Origin: an uncultured Christensenella sp.
GTDB taxonomy: Bacteria > Bacillota > Clostridia > Christensenellales > UBA1242
DNA: 64,000 nt
NCBI GenBank assembly: GCA_948466185.1
Contig: CAOJZM010000006.1
Coordinates: 11,448 to 75,447, forward strand
Direction: 5' to 3'
Shown piece by piece: positions 41,701 through 47,759 of the stretch (positions are counted from its first letter, which is position 1; every line of letters starts with the position of its first letter). Both the position numbers and the translations under genes were made by a program. The notes beneath the pieces are model-generated. The model was not told the origin of the DNA. It saw only the letters and a list, made by a program, of their open reading frames with translations, and did no database searches.

Positions 41701-44700
41701 CATCAAATATTTATGACAAAAGTGATATTATAACAAATTTACCTTATAACACAGATAAAAATTGTTATTCCATAAATGTTATTGATAAAAACACTTATGA
41801 CGATGGATCGAATACCATAACTGCTATAATTACTGGTATAACTAATGTAAATAACAAAGCAAAACTTGCAATTAAAATTTTCTCTACGTATGTTATAGAA
41901 AATTGGGCAAACGTTGATTTTGAAGTTGACTATGTTACTACAGAAAGTACCAAATTGCATTTATCAGATTTTAATTATTCATATTATGAATATGATAATG
42001 ATGAAGCAAGAAAAGGAACAATAATTATTGAACTTAATTCTGTTCAAGAAAATGGGCTAAGTTTATTAGCAGGCATTAATGCACATTTGGAAAGTAGTGA
42101 AGGGGCAGACGAGCTCATGGTTTATAAAACCAAAATAGATGGAAAGGAGTTGTATTTACAATATGACCAGAATGTAAATACACTGACATATATTCCAAAT
42201 ATTTTTATAGATGAAAATGGTGGAATTAAAGAGGTAAACACAGATAAGTTAATACCTTATGATTTTGCAGATAAAGATGTGACAATTTATTACTTTGTTT
42301 CAGATCATGCAACATTTACGACTCAAATTAATACAGGGGGAGATAATTCAACGCAATTATCTCAAAAAGAGCATTCAAGCATTGTTATAGATAAAACTGT
42401 ATCATCTTCTCAAACTGTAAGCAAAGCAAATATCAAAGTTGGAGATACAGGTTCAACAACCATCAGTGCACCAAATAATTTTACTTCATCGTTTATAGTT
42501 GCGAAGAAAAGTGAAATTAATAATGTAACTCAAACTTATGAAGAGGTTTCTGTCACCGCAGAAATTTCTAATGTTTCAAATGGAACAGCAGTAAGCGTAT
42601 TTAATGGGTCGACTGAACTTGCAAGGTTTAACGGGACGACATGGACCGAAATAAACAGCCTTATTGTTGATGGTGAGTTGGCAAACTTCTTAAATGGAGT
42701 ATGGACATTTAAAAACATATCGCAATCTGTTTATGATTCAATAAATAGTTTAGGTCTGATGACTAAGTTTGGTTCATATACCCAAACTTTAAATATTGAC
42801 AACTCCACATGGAAAAAAGGTGTTGTTACAATTGCAGATAATAATGTTGCAACTTATTCAAACAATACTTATGGGATTCTTTTGGGAAATATAAATTTCC
42901 AAGGTAAAGATTTAATTATTACTCAAAATGAAAATCAATTAACCGTGACGGTAAATTCTGCATGCACTTATTCAGAATTGTCAACTTTGTTGAGTCAACT
43001 CAATGTTACATTCGCTTATCAAATAATAGAAGATAATTATATCGTTGATACAATTAAACCAGCTTTGACTATAGAACATAGTGGAAGTGATGGAGTACTT
43101 TCATATATTGGAAATTATAATTATAGTAAGATTTCTAATTTTGATAGTGCTTACTTAAAGCTTGACAGTGATAGGCAATCAGTTAAACTTGATTTAGATA
43201 AGCTTACATCTATCAAAGCTGGCGAAATAACAGTCTATACAAGTTCATATTCTACAAAATATACTTATACAGCTGAATATACTGCTCCTGAATCTATTAA
43301 TGTAAAAATAGACACAAGTGCAAGTAATTATATTAATGAGTATGCTGTAATTACAAGTGATGGTGTTGAGTTGCAAAATGGTAATGCTAACCCATATTAT
43401 ATCGATTCTTCAAATAATGTTAAAATTATAACTTATAAATTGACAGGTCAGACAAGTCGAGTTGACATTGATATTTATCCATACATTTCACAAGGCTTCA
43501 TTATAAGTGACGATGGAGTAAATAAAGAAAATATATTCTCTACTGTTGATAACTTTGAAATGAATGTGACATGGATTGAGGACATTAAAGAGATCGACGA
43601 TAAGAAGGAAGGTAATATGTTCTCTTATAGTTTTAGATATAAAGGTAATAATATATCAGAAATCGAAATAGATGTTGCAAAAAATTCTAATGGGCGCAGG
43701 TATCACTATAGTATGCTCGGTGAATATAGAAATAATGATTTAGTTTCATATAATTGGTTTACATCTACAAACGATCCAAATGATATAAACAAAGAACTAA
43801 AAGTGAACATATTAAGTTATAAGGACGGTAAATTTATTGTTAATGGAAATGAAAGCGACACTATTCCAGAGGGCTTTACGATAAAATTCAAAGCTTATAA
43901 TTCAGAAACGCAAAATTTTGAAGATTTAAGTATGGATTTTGTAAAATCCGATTTTGATATCTATTTTTCTGTATTAAATGTTGTAAAAACAGATACAGAA
44001 TATAAAATTTATTATGATTTAAATAGATCCCCAGATCTCTTGAGGACTGAGCAATATAAAAACTCAATGACAGATATATTTGGACAAACGACAGAAAAAG
44101 AAGAGTCAACTTCAAGTTTAAAATTTAGTGTTAACTATTATGGGGAAGATTCTTTATCAAATGTTAAACTTCCTAAACTGACAGATAGTATAGAGCAGAA
44201 TAAACTAGGATTCGAATATGAAAACATAGATCAGGAAAATGATATTATTGTTGTAAAAGATTCAAAATTAAATGTGTTGTATACATATAGCAAAGAAAAT
44301 GGTAATATCGGAACTCATTTGGAAAAAACATATAATTATAAGCCAAATAATAATGAAGAGATTTATATTGATTACTCATTGAAGCGTTTTGATAATTTTA
44401 ACATATCTATATCAAGTTGGACTAAGCGTGAAAATTATTACGGTATAATTTTTACTCGAAATATGAACATAGGGGATATAATTCCGTTTGATTTCGAAGG
44501 ACAAATAAATGGAAATAAGTATACATTAAGTTATAATAATAGAAATTCAATTGCTCATTATGTTAAAATTTTATTTAATATTAGAGACGGAAATCAAAAA
44601 GGTTTATTCAGCAATATTAAAGAGAAAAGTTTAAAAACTAATGAAATCACATTTATACAAAACATAAATATTGTTGGACAAATTTCAGCGACAGAAACAA

Positions 44701-45836
44701 CTGCACTGATGTCCGCATACTCCTCTATATTGACCTCTGAAAATAATGGGATTATTAAAAATGTTACAACTTATGGTAATATAAGAAATGTTGTCTATAA
44801 TAGTAATTCCGTAACAAATGGCGTTGTTTATCATAATAAAGGAGTGCTAAATAATATAACAAGTTATGTTACTATAAACAGTTTAAGTGCAACAAGTTTT
44901 AACTCGTTAGCACCTAAAATAAATGGTATAGTAGGTCGAAACACTGGCGAGATTGAAGGAATAGTTAATCTTTATGGAACAATTATCGCTGGTAACGGCT
45001 ATCGAGGAAAGACTGGCGAAAGCACGGTAAAAGTAAATAGTACATATGGTTATGGGCTTAATGGCAAAAATGGTGAAGATGGCAGCGAAGGCGGGGATAT
45101 TTCACTATTAGGCACAAAACAACCAGAAGGCTTAGCATTTAATTATAATGGCGTTTTCGTAGTCGGTCAAGGTGGAAACGGAGGTGCTGGGGGTACTGGC
45201 GCAAATGGATCAATAACAAGATTTTATTATGGTACAACTAAAGGGAATAAAAACGGAGGCTGTGGAGGAAATGCTGGCGAAGCGGGTGCGCATGGGAATA
45301 TTTACGTTTATTCTAGTGTGAATGCTACGCAAACCGAGCAGAGTTCGGTTAGTTTAAATAATAGTATTAACGGTAGTCCTGGAAGCGGAGGTATGCATGG
45401 ATGGGTTATACCTAGATATGGTAGCAATGATGTGACATTTTTTGATCTTAGATGGTTTAACCATATCAATATAAATTCTTATTTAGACATTAACTATCAA
45501 TTAAAAGTTGGACAAAGCGGTAATATTCCTGATGATTTCCGTCAAGAACGGTTGACCCTTTCTTCTTCAAACCCACATGTTTGGAAAACTGGATGGATCT
45601 TGGGTCGAGAGCTTCACTGGGACGAAGGGCATCTTTTTACTACTTGGTGGAATAATTATGAAGATATTGAGTTTGTGCTAATTTCGGTATTGTTCCCTAA
45701 TGTAGTAATTCAAGATAGGGAAAGTTTGTTGAGTGCAGGTGTAGAAATAGCAGAAGAGGATGCTTATGGAATTGATGAGTTTACTAATACAGGTCTTGCA
45801 AAACCATCCAAAGAAATAAATTTTTCTACTAAATAA
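26709..45836 (+). CDS. giant (6375-aa) surface lipoprotein with a Big_2-like N-terminal domain, repeated GLUG-like beta-helix modules and a Gly-rich/Trp-rich C-terminus; putative adhesin
   Basis: Uninterrupted 19,128-nt ORF. Lipoprotein signal MKKFWLGLLSTIILLGGSLLSAC. About 26 x-G-G-[LIVFM]-[IVLTA]-G motifs counted by eye (YIGGIVG, YVGGIIG, FVGGLVG, NVGGLVG ...). No HEXXH, LPXTG or SLH motif seen. Confidence 0.85.
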   Translation: MKKFWLGLLSTIILLGGSLLSACGGVDITITLSDTHKEICLNDDSDHNSTVIATVNGIDGGTVTASSSYENIATASAVYNSVTGQNVITINAISEGEAEIVVTSNYDSSVKSVISVTVYSNVLSLSQKQEDTLSKSNMFVLKGKSNKLDSDILLESNPVSARKNIAWSLPLDASRYISLVGNELSISDEYNEKDEKGYLPITLIATDLYTDISTEIILSVIEPLTSEGLSMEYSHNMSQSYAHLAGQVINIVPNIATDNDYTAYIKFTFASREGVSPEAVILSNGEIDDTGVSILSLSSSVDGGYTTYIYEVKSLKASLNKSFTAYFNVGYSKYNYQIKSSQFKIDCYEKVNALNVYNEEGSLANSSVQTIYTSYAFPYGTKYKIELLPVSVTHATGKYSILVDYTDCGESDATIVTDTLQFYFKTLNGGYSRINMLPNGDSGLQFISDENNLPSSSELYILAGDNFVKSSLTNVKLTFRSFDNSEVKNTCTVNLYKSASALVFGGDTNVSLSTASTTSVTKTYILEGQNSIEGLSVETTGEGFTASSPVLIESENGMVAFNITFSVKPDSIGLTNDCSYVIKHKNGMKSESFPVKLFLPMTDARVEYDNTNSSITNSGYSDKFAGLYVVSKNENGRETLILQNDSSLSVSNLLVQTGASVPFAFLTNRVQGKYASAKLSFEYLDMINTDYELEAFTALEADQIYSHGNKSQQSSILSMSDASLITRNTTGFSYLIITFTGLDNNGNETKFVRIILVENYVAPTEFIIQPSYAQVFAGDSVSSKDSEETTQNVTIMLSSVPMTYYSLDYFTFTSGIMGEGSKIGNMVIWEGSEGGYYNISNIVVTSTYISFDINGLTTKGSDIWTDNLTVSYYNTDKNEKNIRPNGVINVEVKNADRIEKLIWENDSEDGLYFEVGDREPSILVITSTPQYVKNPDLSFIVTDKAGNIGNFVQVSKLDNNGQVSLNAKEGKTGFIYILPSDAIYQSKIAYYDRTADVSETGKPINQIIESSKLGQIKENGKTWFDYLCENGYFINNKKEEIPFSNILIRIAVTVADGSSEEYAYNIYDEADLYSIESNKYYKVMNNLTLENWPGFNFVTLTGGIRGDNSDITITIKGKNFLNVNNGIIRDLTFAGQVNGGGFVANVNNGRIDNVTIDVFSGDGVYEMSTLDGSSYIAESVGDDNSAYIGGIVGTNSSIVTNVNVLGLQIVGANSGSYVGGIIGKQDGGSLSNARFEFYNFSTGVNTISGDYVGGVVGRFNGGTLTYVYAYDYTLSTTKILHLDGNFAGGIVGHVDGGEKIEKSFAVVGLANIFGDNSITDIKDVYISYFDNDIYTSDTIISNNNNWEFSSSSNFKSYVNDGKEYLKEFYQQEAISSVDGYNIAEKVVEGNNYYKALRVSENSGVMFRYAVNSRELALMSDSERRGLNDYNTTSLAALLNITEDEARRLVVASSDARVLEVSGNNIIVKQNGTATLTISSKQDYTKNKQISIYVINAISDLKASWAYTGGIEEIADNSDINLQRGKSLAVTYTFEHSSLHVGLQGNSFDLLTNDYELEHATEGIDYQTVGKNILNLNTSSDNAAHKYKISTCVNLTGKEDYIVKANETIRNSFVKNYNLALFDGAIYLGASASGVSITPATIGAVEVELTSGDKNDMLVPEVSMKIADNNIKLQLSKLDETSKNSNVWIASLGNEKRIKVEVVPFASNQTATAVNGRYTLKFNLYMSVYDDYRNQVSQDQTYTVTLTSKHQATSASFALNISRQEFTNISITNHSVDNMLYQKIGTGEDADKYVTKYQVGEMTTGVLSPGSSSILKVNVNPKFAYYDHFTMEYSGASIASAATVRFMTKDARMLNTYYEDYTSTIEPIANGISVVPNKQAKENNDLFFKIWASDTIMQDTVLKLTIKFYDNKSSIPITFANYFLTVSYLSEPQILVDGYSTSILAKGQTAQVKVVVPFDQDVDINTMVVENIEGGITLSTDGTWDESSAIGTKVYTTRISARVDAKVKDDANGIFRISVVVSRVINGHEERKTAFAIVNLVDFKVDLDNISLAGSNEDTFVTYLGMEQPLTFNVPLLPENYIYDTSDPESVEAMAKIKHAIETYKKQGHYQDTNASYFINHKRDENGNALLTEEDGVLDLSQRLYYFSKTNENWLNVRSGDEYSSVGGYLEWKVTKGLNNDEIINIKGLKPTNDSDPVRLKLQTTVQIGDFYFVSDYEFNVLVKTYSDEDTPLIISSEEQFIEMADRERADYILMNDIILRNYTPFDTNNIASLDGNGHTIYIDSYNLYPTNTKTLNLALFNNVASTTTLKNIRVNIYNGGQITADIQEYSSVNIAGFAINNEGIITNCEVVSFHKTGYTSSQNQKSGLVVKYIRGEGTSTPQYLTDGSNWTSQVAGFVLTNAGSITNSRVGGNSVYTVGSKLPSLDSVYIRDKETLQNFYIEGQGDVAGFVLANTGTIASSFVKNFGLDNQSDSSAYITAGFAGSNNGKILTSYIEGVKDDAASNNDKWCRQGSSLTSKLGIISGFVYQNGGQIQDSYSNILISNKSTEQTYLASGFVYENKGSIKNCFSASQIVSLQYSQMNFSGVDKNGNLLANGEYINCYYYRSSKLGNDAPTEESYNTGAIQLVEIDDEKYFYGFAFNSSDNRINGVWSLNKDEGSLTLVEPNKIAFSNRYYLEGKEEGVYSLPYSTMYDNGEINIDYGTENNPILIRNAQEFANVMGNSTSTYISKCFTPTEIRGTYRIVADIDFSALLAASEDKETIELPSTSRAFTGSLFGNGFTLSNLSIRSSTKVLSYGMFASIEGGAITNLNLGISKVANNLASFVGGLTGIVKNSNIVNIDVKNDENSEIEGLNFVGGLVGIVMGDSKIKNITVDSPNVIADRFVTNGQEGTEGDSARPSIVSTLTANMSTDFRMMIVHIDKVLITEANANVLNEITQFIDNMSYAGGAFGYIDIFTEKESTLKTYIYKESNLITISDYDVSRVRITTSARVQGQVVGGFAGFTGMQTDVKDVGIVLEDSTNESLSRIISTKFYAGGLIGQAYGNMTQLFAEHEKTIQNQIENNLRSYYQSPSDIERGSLSIFNTEGTDRDYVPKYIGGLIGYVGSGQLSISYSKLNVINTRADHVGGIIGIINSKTSQVYYVSDGNEGSKLNVITKYYIYEAYATGDVRAKQSAGGIVGRVENGSTVVFENVNSANFISVYNYDLGVNYRQEDFRKETENDVIYSFDAINVYAIVGSYHTSDVSGQEKPSDINYLKKYLVKVEGSAGQEQIKTVGQTQDYTTTLITNETSGIVTDKGRIKLSAHKGAIIPNFSEETKDRELTFAIPSLSNYASSVAGYDETYGSFLGNSWSANNWIHTSATLYPIIKYPVAQNSFIYLDAYDESIEKAIKAMNQSNVEIRVRGLISKNAPSNQRKDVDIADYIKRNPSISNGSEGLIQGYQGKLVGDREYFTMGTDEYPSIILDRPMFESTKSGFNVSNLTIKFKPTSKNNDIFSDSSLYTGTFINGTVEDGTIDNLTLDFTGITDNTVHLGNKNSTNVGLLAAKLNGTSIYGLEIFIKTNNGKVFFNANGKNIGLVAGEAIQNSAARRMNFSGINIYNSTENPSDLMIANDAVNVGTYFGNIAAVDAETEGAAKISLEIGTFGNTFKPGAEPKSRTLNGTYPVIKISGGTVNAGGYVGSASTVEEIKFADIATAINVKMEISGVSDINAGALFGTLNGAANKLSAKGELYNSRTFNSVIYHDDSTNVSSANIGGLIGQTTGGDTTIENIITNFDLFGRTKEDNNSGIQVTEDYVNSLKENYIFYPFNVGDANVGGLVGNSSGLLTINSNIAGNGVFEYNTAESKDDGTIQANVIAVNGTNVNVGGLVGLAGKLEIAGRFKTGAMISANGSTKANIGGLVGKTTGESVEITSGTGADNVSIAANAEIFTSSEASVGGMIGFVEGSETTVLNLQNTSFGGSIKVYGGNAQGKNLDIGGSLGSIEGQVQVTIQQNYNYGDVFMLYGEKFKSHGELFYGGLIGNGVNITDAAAGGDVGIQNNYILMTLNDQRPLVSDNYHAVFGNISADVTKQNNYYNHGVCLLTDEFATDAGYMHAYKDNHKIIGGGYTGGDNYGFYTGDDLPALATAFKNKLSSFVDENNSKLNPAQISSTSIDKDGSLKTEKNFHGITYYYLGTDFTLSSQITELDNIAIIGDGYTLKYENTNASPIEKITNYSFVSALNFSVDIKDENTSTTNSETVTNKTSFGGVAANMESGILYAVGVNGKIEVGGTEAINIGGLVGTITNGLISQSVSDVHILYRAGKGGSSAAVAVSDSTSTDVKPIIMFTYAVGTVECYIDSHIDGFSKGNADVRYCYTTANLEWHDYTSATTEETDKITVFNRANLTFCMNDKHATKIGENTTSCVRDFTSGSNWVRDDIYNYGYPTRKFNYLKYSSYAKREEDNATDAEKERGIHTYTYTRLSGPDVWGDKAESVRTAAYYMIPNAGVWHQVLPEETAIAKYIVLRNDLYLDYVDKNTTIKTLNARLNLDGQGHRIYGFNGTSLFDQLSYNSEVINLDILNAISTGEGIIASFSRGITFSNITLSGSLKSEASVTAGAVVGRADESHFYSIMSNVKIFCKSYGSIGGIVGSDTGSEFKYCVNNGPINATGSASGSANVGGIVGISQQGTTIEYSYNTASILAGYVATSATLNNYAGGIVGKSVSNISIDHCYNSGLVISGNKKCTNDQYAGGIIAHVGGEANVTNCINEGSVRAIAVNAKYNVKRLELKPIITSLWIELGVYQDTDRNVFANGIGFEIKDHPIANSTNYNNNIEIINDGAGLVKGSAVYKMNKNRIPMITEVDYFTRIISVPDYSEKDDDRIVITSRDNYNVPVSFYYKKDFSLTYKYHLGNSNGKTKGLHTYVADPYSIDTVSSYYGASVGESGASTYYNITEGGDPYQNRIRNQDAVKISIDDNLVDSIIGATSAKPDVDSQVFINGHAYYLTNGSGSDLAINMNSSNIYDKSDIITNLPYNTDKNCYSINVIDKNTYDDGSNTITAIITGITNVNNKAKLAIKIFSTYVIENWANVDFEVDYVTTESTKLHLSDFNYSYYEYDNDEARKGTIIIELNSVQENGLSLLAGINAHLESSEGADELMVYKTKIDGKELYLQYDQNVNTLTYIPNIFIDENGGIKEVNTDKLIPYDFADKDVTIYYFVSDHATFTTQINTGGDNSTQLSQKEHSSIVIDKTVSSSQTVSKANIKVGDTGSTTISAPNNFTSSFIVAKKSEINNVTQTYEEVSVTAEISNVSNGTAVSVFNGSTELARFNGTTWTEINSLIVDGELANFLNGVWTFKNISQSVYDSINSLGLMTKFGSYTQTLNIDNSTWKKGVVTIADNNVATYSNNTYGILLGNINFQGKDLIITQNENQLTVTVNSACTYSELSTLLSQLNVTFAYQIIEDNYIVDTIKPALTIEHSGSDGVLSYIGNYNYSKISNFDSAYLKLDSDRQSVKLDLDKLTSIKAGEITVYTSSYSTKYTYTAEYTAPESINVKIDTSASNYINEYAVITSDGVELQNGNANPYYIDSSNNVKIITYKLTGQTSRVDIDIYPYISQGFIISDDGVNKENIFSTVDNFEMNVTWIEDIKEIDDKKEGNMFSYSFRYKGNNISEIEIDVAKNSNGRRYHYSMLGEYRNNDLVSYNWFTSTNDPNDINKELKVNILSYKDGKFIVNGNESDTIPEGFTIKFKAYNSETQNFEDLSMDFVKSDFDIYFSVLNVVKTDTEYKIYYDLNRSPDLLRTEQYKNSMTDIFGQTTEKEESTSSLKFSVNYYGEDSLSNVKLPKLTDSIEQNKLGFEYENIDQENDIIVVKDSKLNVLYTYSKENGNIGTHLEKTYNYKPNNNEEIYIDYSLKRFDNFNISISSWTKRENYYGIIFTRNMNIGDIIPFDFEGQINGNKYTLSYNNRNSIAHYVKILFNIRDGNQKGLFSNIKEKSLKTNEITFIQNINIVGQISATETTALMSAYSSILTSENNGIIKNVTTYGNIRNVVYNSNSVTNGVVYHNKGVLNNITSYVTINSLSATSFNSLAPKINGIVGRNTGEIEGIVNLYGTIIAGNGYRGKTGESTVKVNSTYGYGLNGKNGEDGSEGGDISLLGTKQPEGLAFNYNGVFVVGQGGNGGAGGTGANGSITRFYYGTTKGNKNGGCGGNAGEAGAHGNIYVYSSVNATQTEQSSVSLNNSINGSPGSGGMHGWVIPRYGSNDVTFFDLRWFNHININSYLDINYQLKVGQSGNIPDDFRQERLTLSSSNPHVWKTGWILGRELHWDEGHLFTTWWNNYEDIEFVLISVLFPNVVIQDRESLLSAGVEIAEEDAYGIDEFTNTGLAKPSKEINFSTK

Positions 45837-45848
45837 TTAATACCATAT

Positions 45849-45882
45849 AAAAAGCTTTCATCGAAAGATGGAGGCTTTTTTA
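45849..45882. terminator. weak nested hairpin between convergent genes
   Basis: ctttc-atc-gaaag sits inside aaagc...gcttt, with A-run and T-run flanks. Confidence 0.4.
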
Positions 45883-46245
45883 TTAGCTTTTGAAAATGGC
45901 ACGCAGGAGGAGGCCGAAAACAAAACTGACGGTGGCAAGAAAGATACTGCGTAGCACCAGCATACCAAGCGTCTTTTTCTGCTTTTTTGAATCCATCAGA
46001 AATGTTTGCCCCTTCTTTTTTAGGGTTATACAATATAGATATCCATTTTTACCATCGGACACCACAAAATCAAGATAGTTTTCCAGAGACAGTGATGCCA
46101 TGATTTCATCAATTTCAGCCACCGACAGCACACATTTTTTGCTTACTGCTTCAGCAATTTGGTTTGGAGAAATAAGGTATGTCTTTTTGCCAGTACATAC
46201 CTTACATAGATAACTCATAACTAGTTTCTCTTTGCGTTCAGACAA
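45883..46245 (-). CDS. membrane-anchored wHTH-like small protein, paralog A
   Basis: 120 aa with a TTG start preceded by GGAGTGA. The N-terminal ~85 aa look winged-helix-like. Basic KKQKK linker, then C-terminal TM MLVLRSIFLATVSFVFGLLL. Confidence 0.6.
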   Translation of the reverse strand: MSERKEKLVMSYLCKVCTGKKTYLISPNQIAEAVSKKCVLSVAEIDEIMASLSLENYLDFVVSDGKNGYLYCITLKKKGQTFLMDSKKQKKTLGMLVLRSIFLATVSFVFGLLLRAIFKS

Positions 46246-46337
46246 CTATCACTCCATACTAGACTTTTTATGATTGTTGACAACATTTTATTTAATTATG
46301 CAAAGACAAAAATAAACGGGGAGTTAAGCCTTCCCGT

Positions 46338-47291
46338 TTATTCATTTTCATCATCCTTTTGCTCTTTTATTTTGAGTTGGATATTGCCGTATTCATCTTC
46401 ATCCTTGTGTCGTGAACGCACATGCAGTCCGGCAGCACGTAAAAGTTCATATTCCCATTTTTCAAGATTTTCTATAAAAATCTGATTTTCTTCTCTTTTT
46501 AAAATTTGTTGTGCAAAATTTGCCGCAAATTCTTTTCTAAAGGTAAGTTGTTGAATATCATATCCGATTTTGTTTTCCTGAAAAATTGAAGGGGAGATAA
46601 TTAAATGATCTTGTACATAGATTTTTTCATCTTCATATTCCTGCATTTCCTGCCAATATTGTTTATTTAAGTCAAGCCCGAGTTGTTGTATTTTGTATCT
46701 TTCTTCCCAGCGATTTACTAGGGCCACTGAATCATGGTAATTTTCAGGCAAATGTCCTTGGTCAAAAGCCCACTCAGGTGTGTTCTCAATTATAAGCATT
46801 GCTTTTTGATATTCTTCGTCATTTTGCGGATTAAAATTCTCAATCCTTTTTGCAAGGTTAGATAAAAAGGTTGGAATTTCTTTCCTGTTATACTGGAGGT
46901 AATTTTTTATTTCATTATCACTTATCTCAACTTGATTTTGTTTATGTCTTAGCGCATTTTTCTTGTTTATTAGTGATTTTCTGACCTGAAGCATAAAAGA
47001 TTCAATCTGTTTCTTACATTCTTGTGGAGGCACGTCAAATATTAGAGGCAATAAAGCACGTGCTTTATATTTAAAATTGAGTTTATTTAAATTGTTCTTA
47101 TGAGATGTTTCAATCAATCTCATGTTTTGGTATAACTCATCACATCCCCAGCAGTCAAGCACTGCTGATATCACCTCATCAGTAAGGGCAAGCCGTTCTT
47201 CTGGACTGTTATTGCCCTGTATGAAGCAGGCAAACACCTCTTTGAGCATACTTTTTGTGATGGCTTTATTTAAAAAATGAAGTTGTATCAC
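46338..47291 (-). CDS. hypothetical protein (orphan, acidic C-terminus)
   Basis: 317-aa ORF with no TM and no motif I recognise. Confidence 0.6.
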   Translation of the reverse strand: MIQLHFLNKAITKSMLKEVFACFIQGNNSPEERLALTDEVISAVLDCWGCDELYQNMRLIETSHKNNLNKLNFKYKARALLPLIFDVPPQECKKQIESFMLQVRKSLINKKNALRHKQNQVEISDNEIKNYLQYNRKEIPTFLSNLAKRIENFNPQNDEEYQKAMLIIENTPEWAFDQGHLPENYHDSVALVNRWEERYKIQQLGLDLNKQYWQEMQEYEDEKIYVQDHLIISPSIFQENKIGYDIQQLTFRKEFAANFAQQILKREENQIFIENLEKWEYELLRAAGLHVRSRHKDEDEYGNIQLKIKEQKDDENE

Positions 47292-47396
47292 TTTTCACCT
47301 CTGTCAATATTTTAATCTATTTTTTTGCACTTGTCAATACCAAGTCGAAAAATGGCGAATGAATATTAATTATTATGATCGGTAAACTATTAATAT

Positions 47397-47759
47397 ATGC
47401 TGGATATCAAGTCTAAACTTGTTTTAAAGATACTTATTAAAGAATGTAATAATGGCACTTATAAAATTGTTGAGGCGAGTGACATTATTTCAAGTTTGCC
47501 TGCACGATATAGGGTGGATAGCGATGGTCTTGAAAACATCCTTAACTATCTTGAGCGTCAGGATTGCATATCTATTAAATATGATGATGATGGAGTGTAT
47601 TGCTTGTGCGTCCTTCCATCAGGATATGAAATTGTTGAATCGGAAACAAAAAAAGAGAAGCAGAAAAAGCGCCCCTCATATCTTTTAATTTTTGTATTTT
47701 CTTTTATTTTTGCTTTTTTAGGTGGGCTTATCGGTGCGATAGTAGCAAGCTTATTCTAA
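47397..47759 (+). CDS. membrane-anchored wHTH-like small protein, paralog B
   Basis: 120 aa with the same architecture as 45883..46245: KSKLVLKILIKE..., a KKEKQKKR linker, and TM YLLIFVFSFIFAFLGGLIGAIVASLF. Confidence 0.65.
   Translation: MLDIKSKLVLKILIKECNNGTYKIVEASDIISSLPARYRVDSDGLENILNYLERQDCISIKYDDDGVYCLCVLPSGYEIVESETKKEKQKKRPSYLLIFVFSFIFAFLGGLIGAIVASLF

Noticed and set aside
27062-44115. About 20 minus-strand ORFs of 60-157 aa inside the giant gene (e.g. 27062..27418, 37568..37894, 38126..38599)
   Set aside because: All are antisense to one long, well-supported ORF. Their sequences are low-complexity mirror images (P/S/T/L-rich, opposite the Gly/Val/Asn codons). None has an SD or promoter that I could see.
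45764-46078. ORFs 45764..46033 (-) and 45890..46078 (+) overlapping the end of the giant gene and paralog A
   Set aside because: These are alternative frames of a region already explained by the giant gene's 3' end and by paralog A. Paralog A has an SD and a clear paralog (B) supporting its frame.
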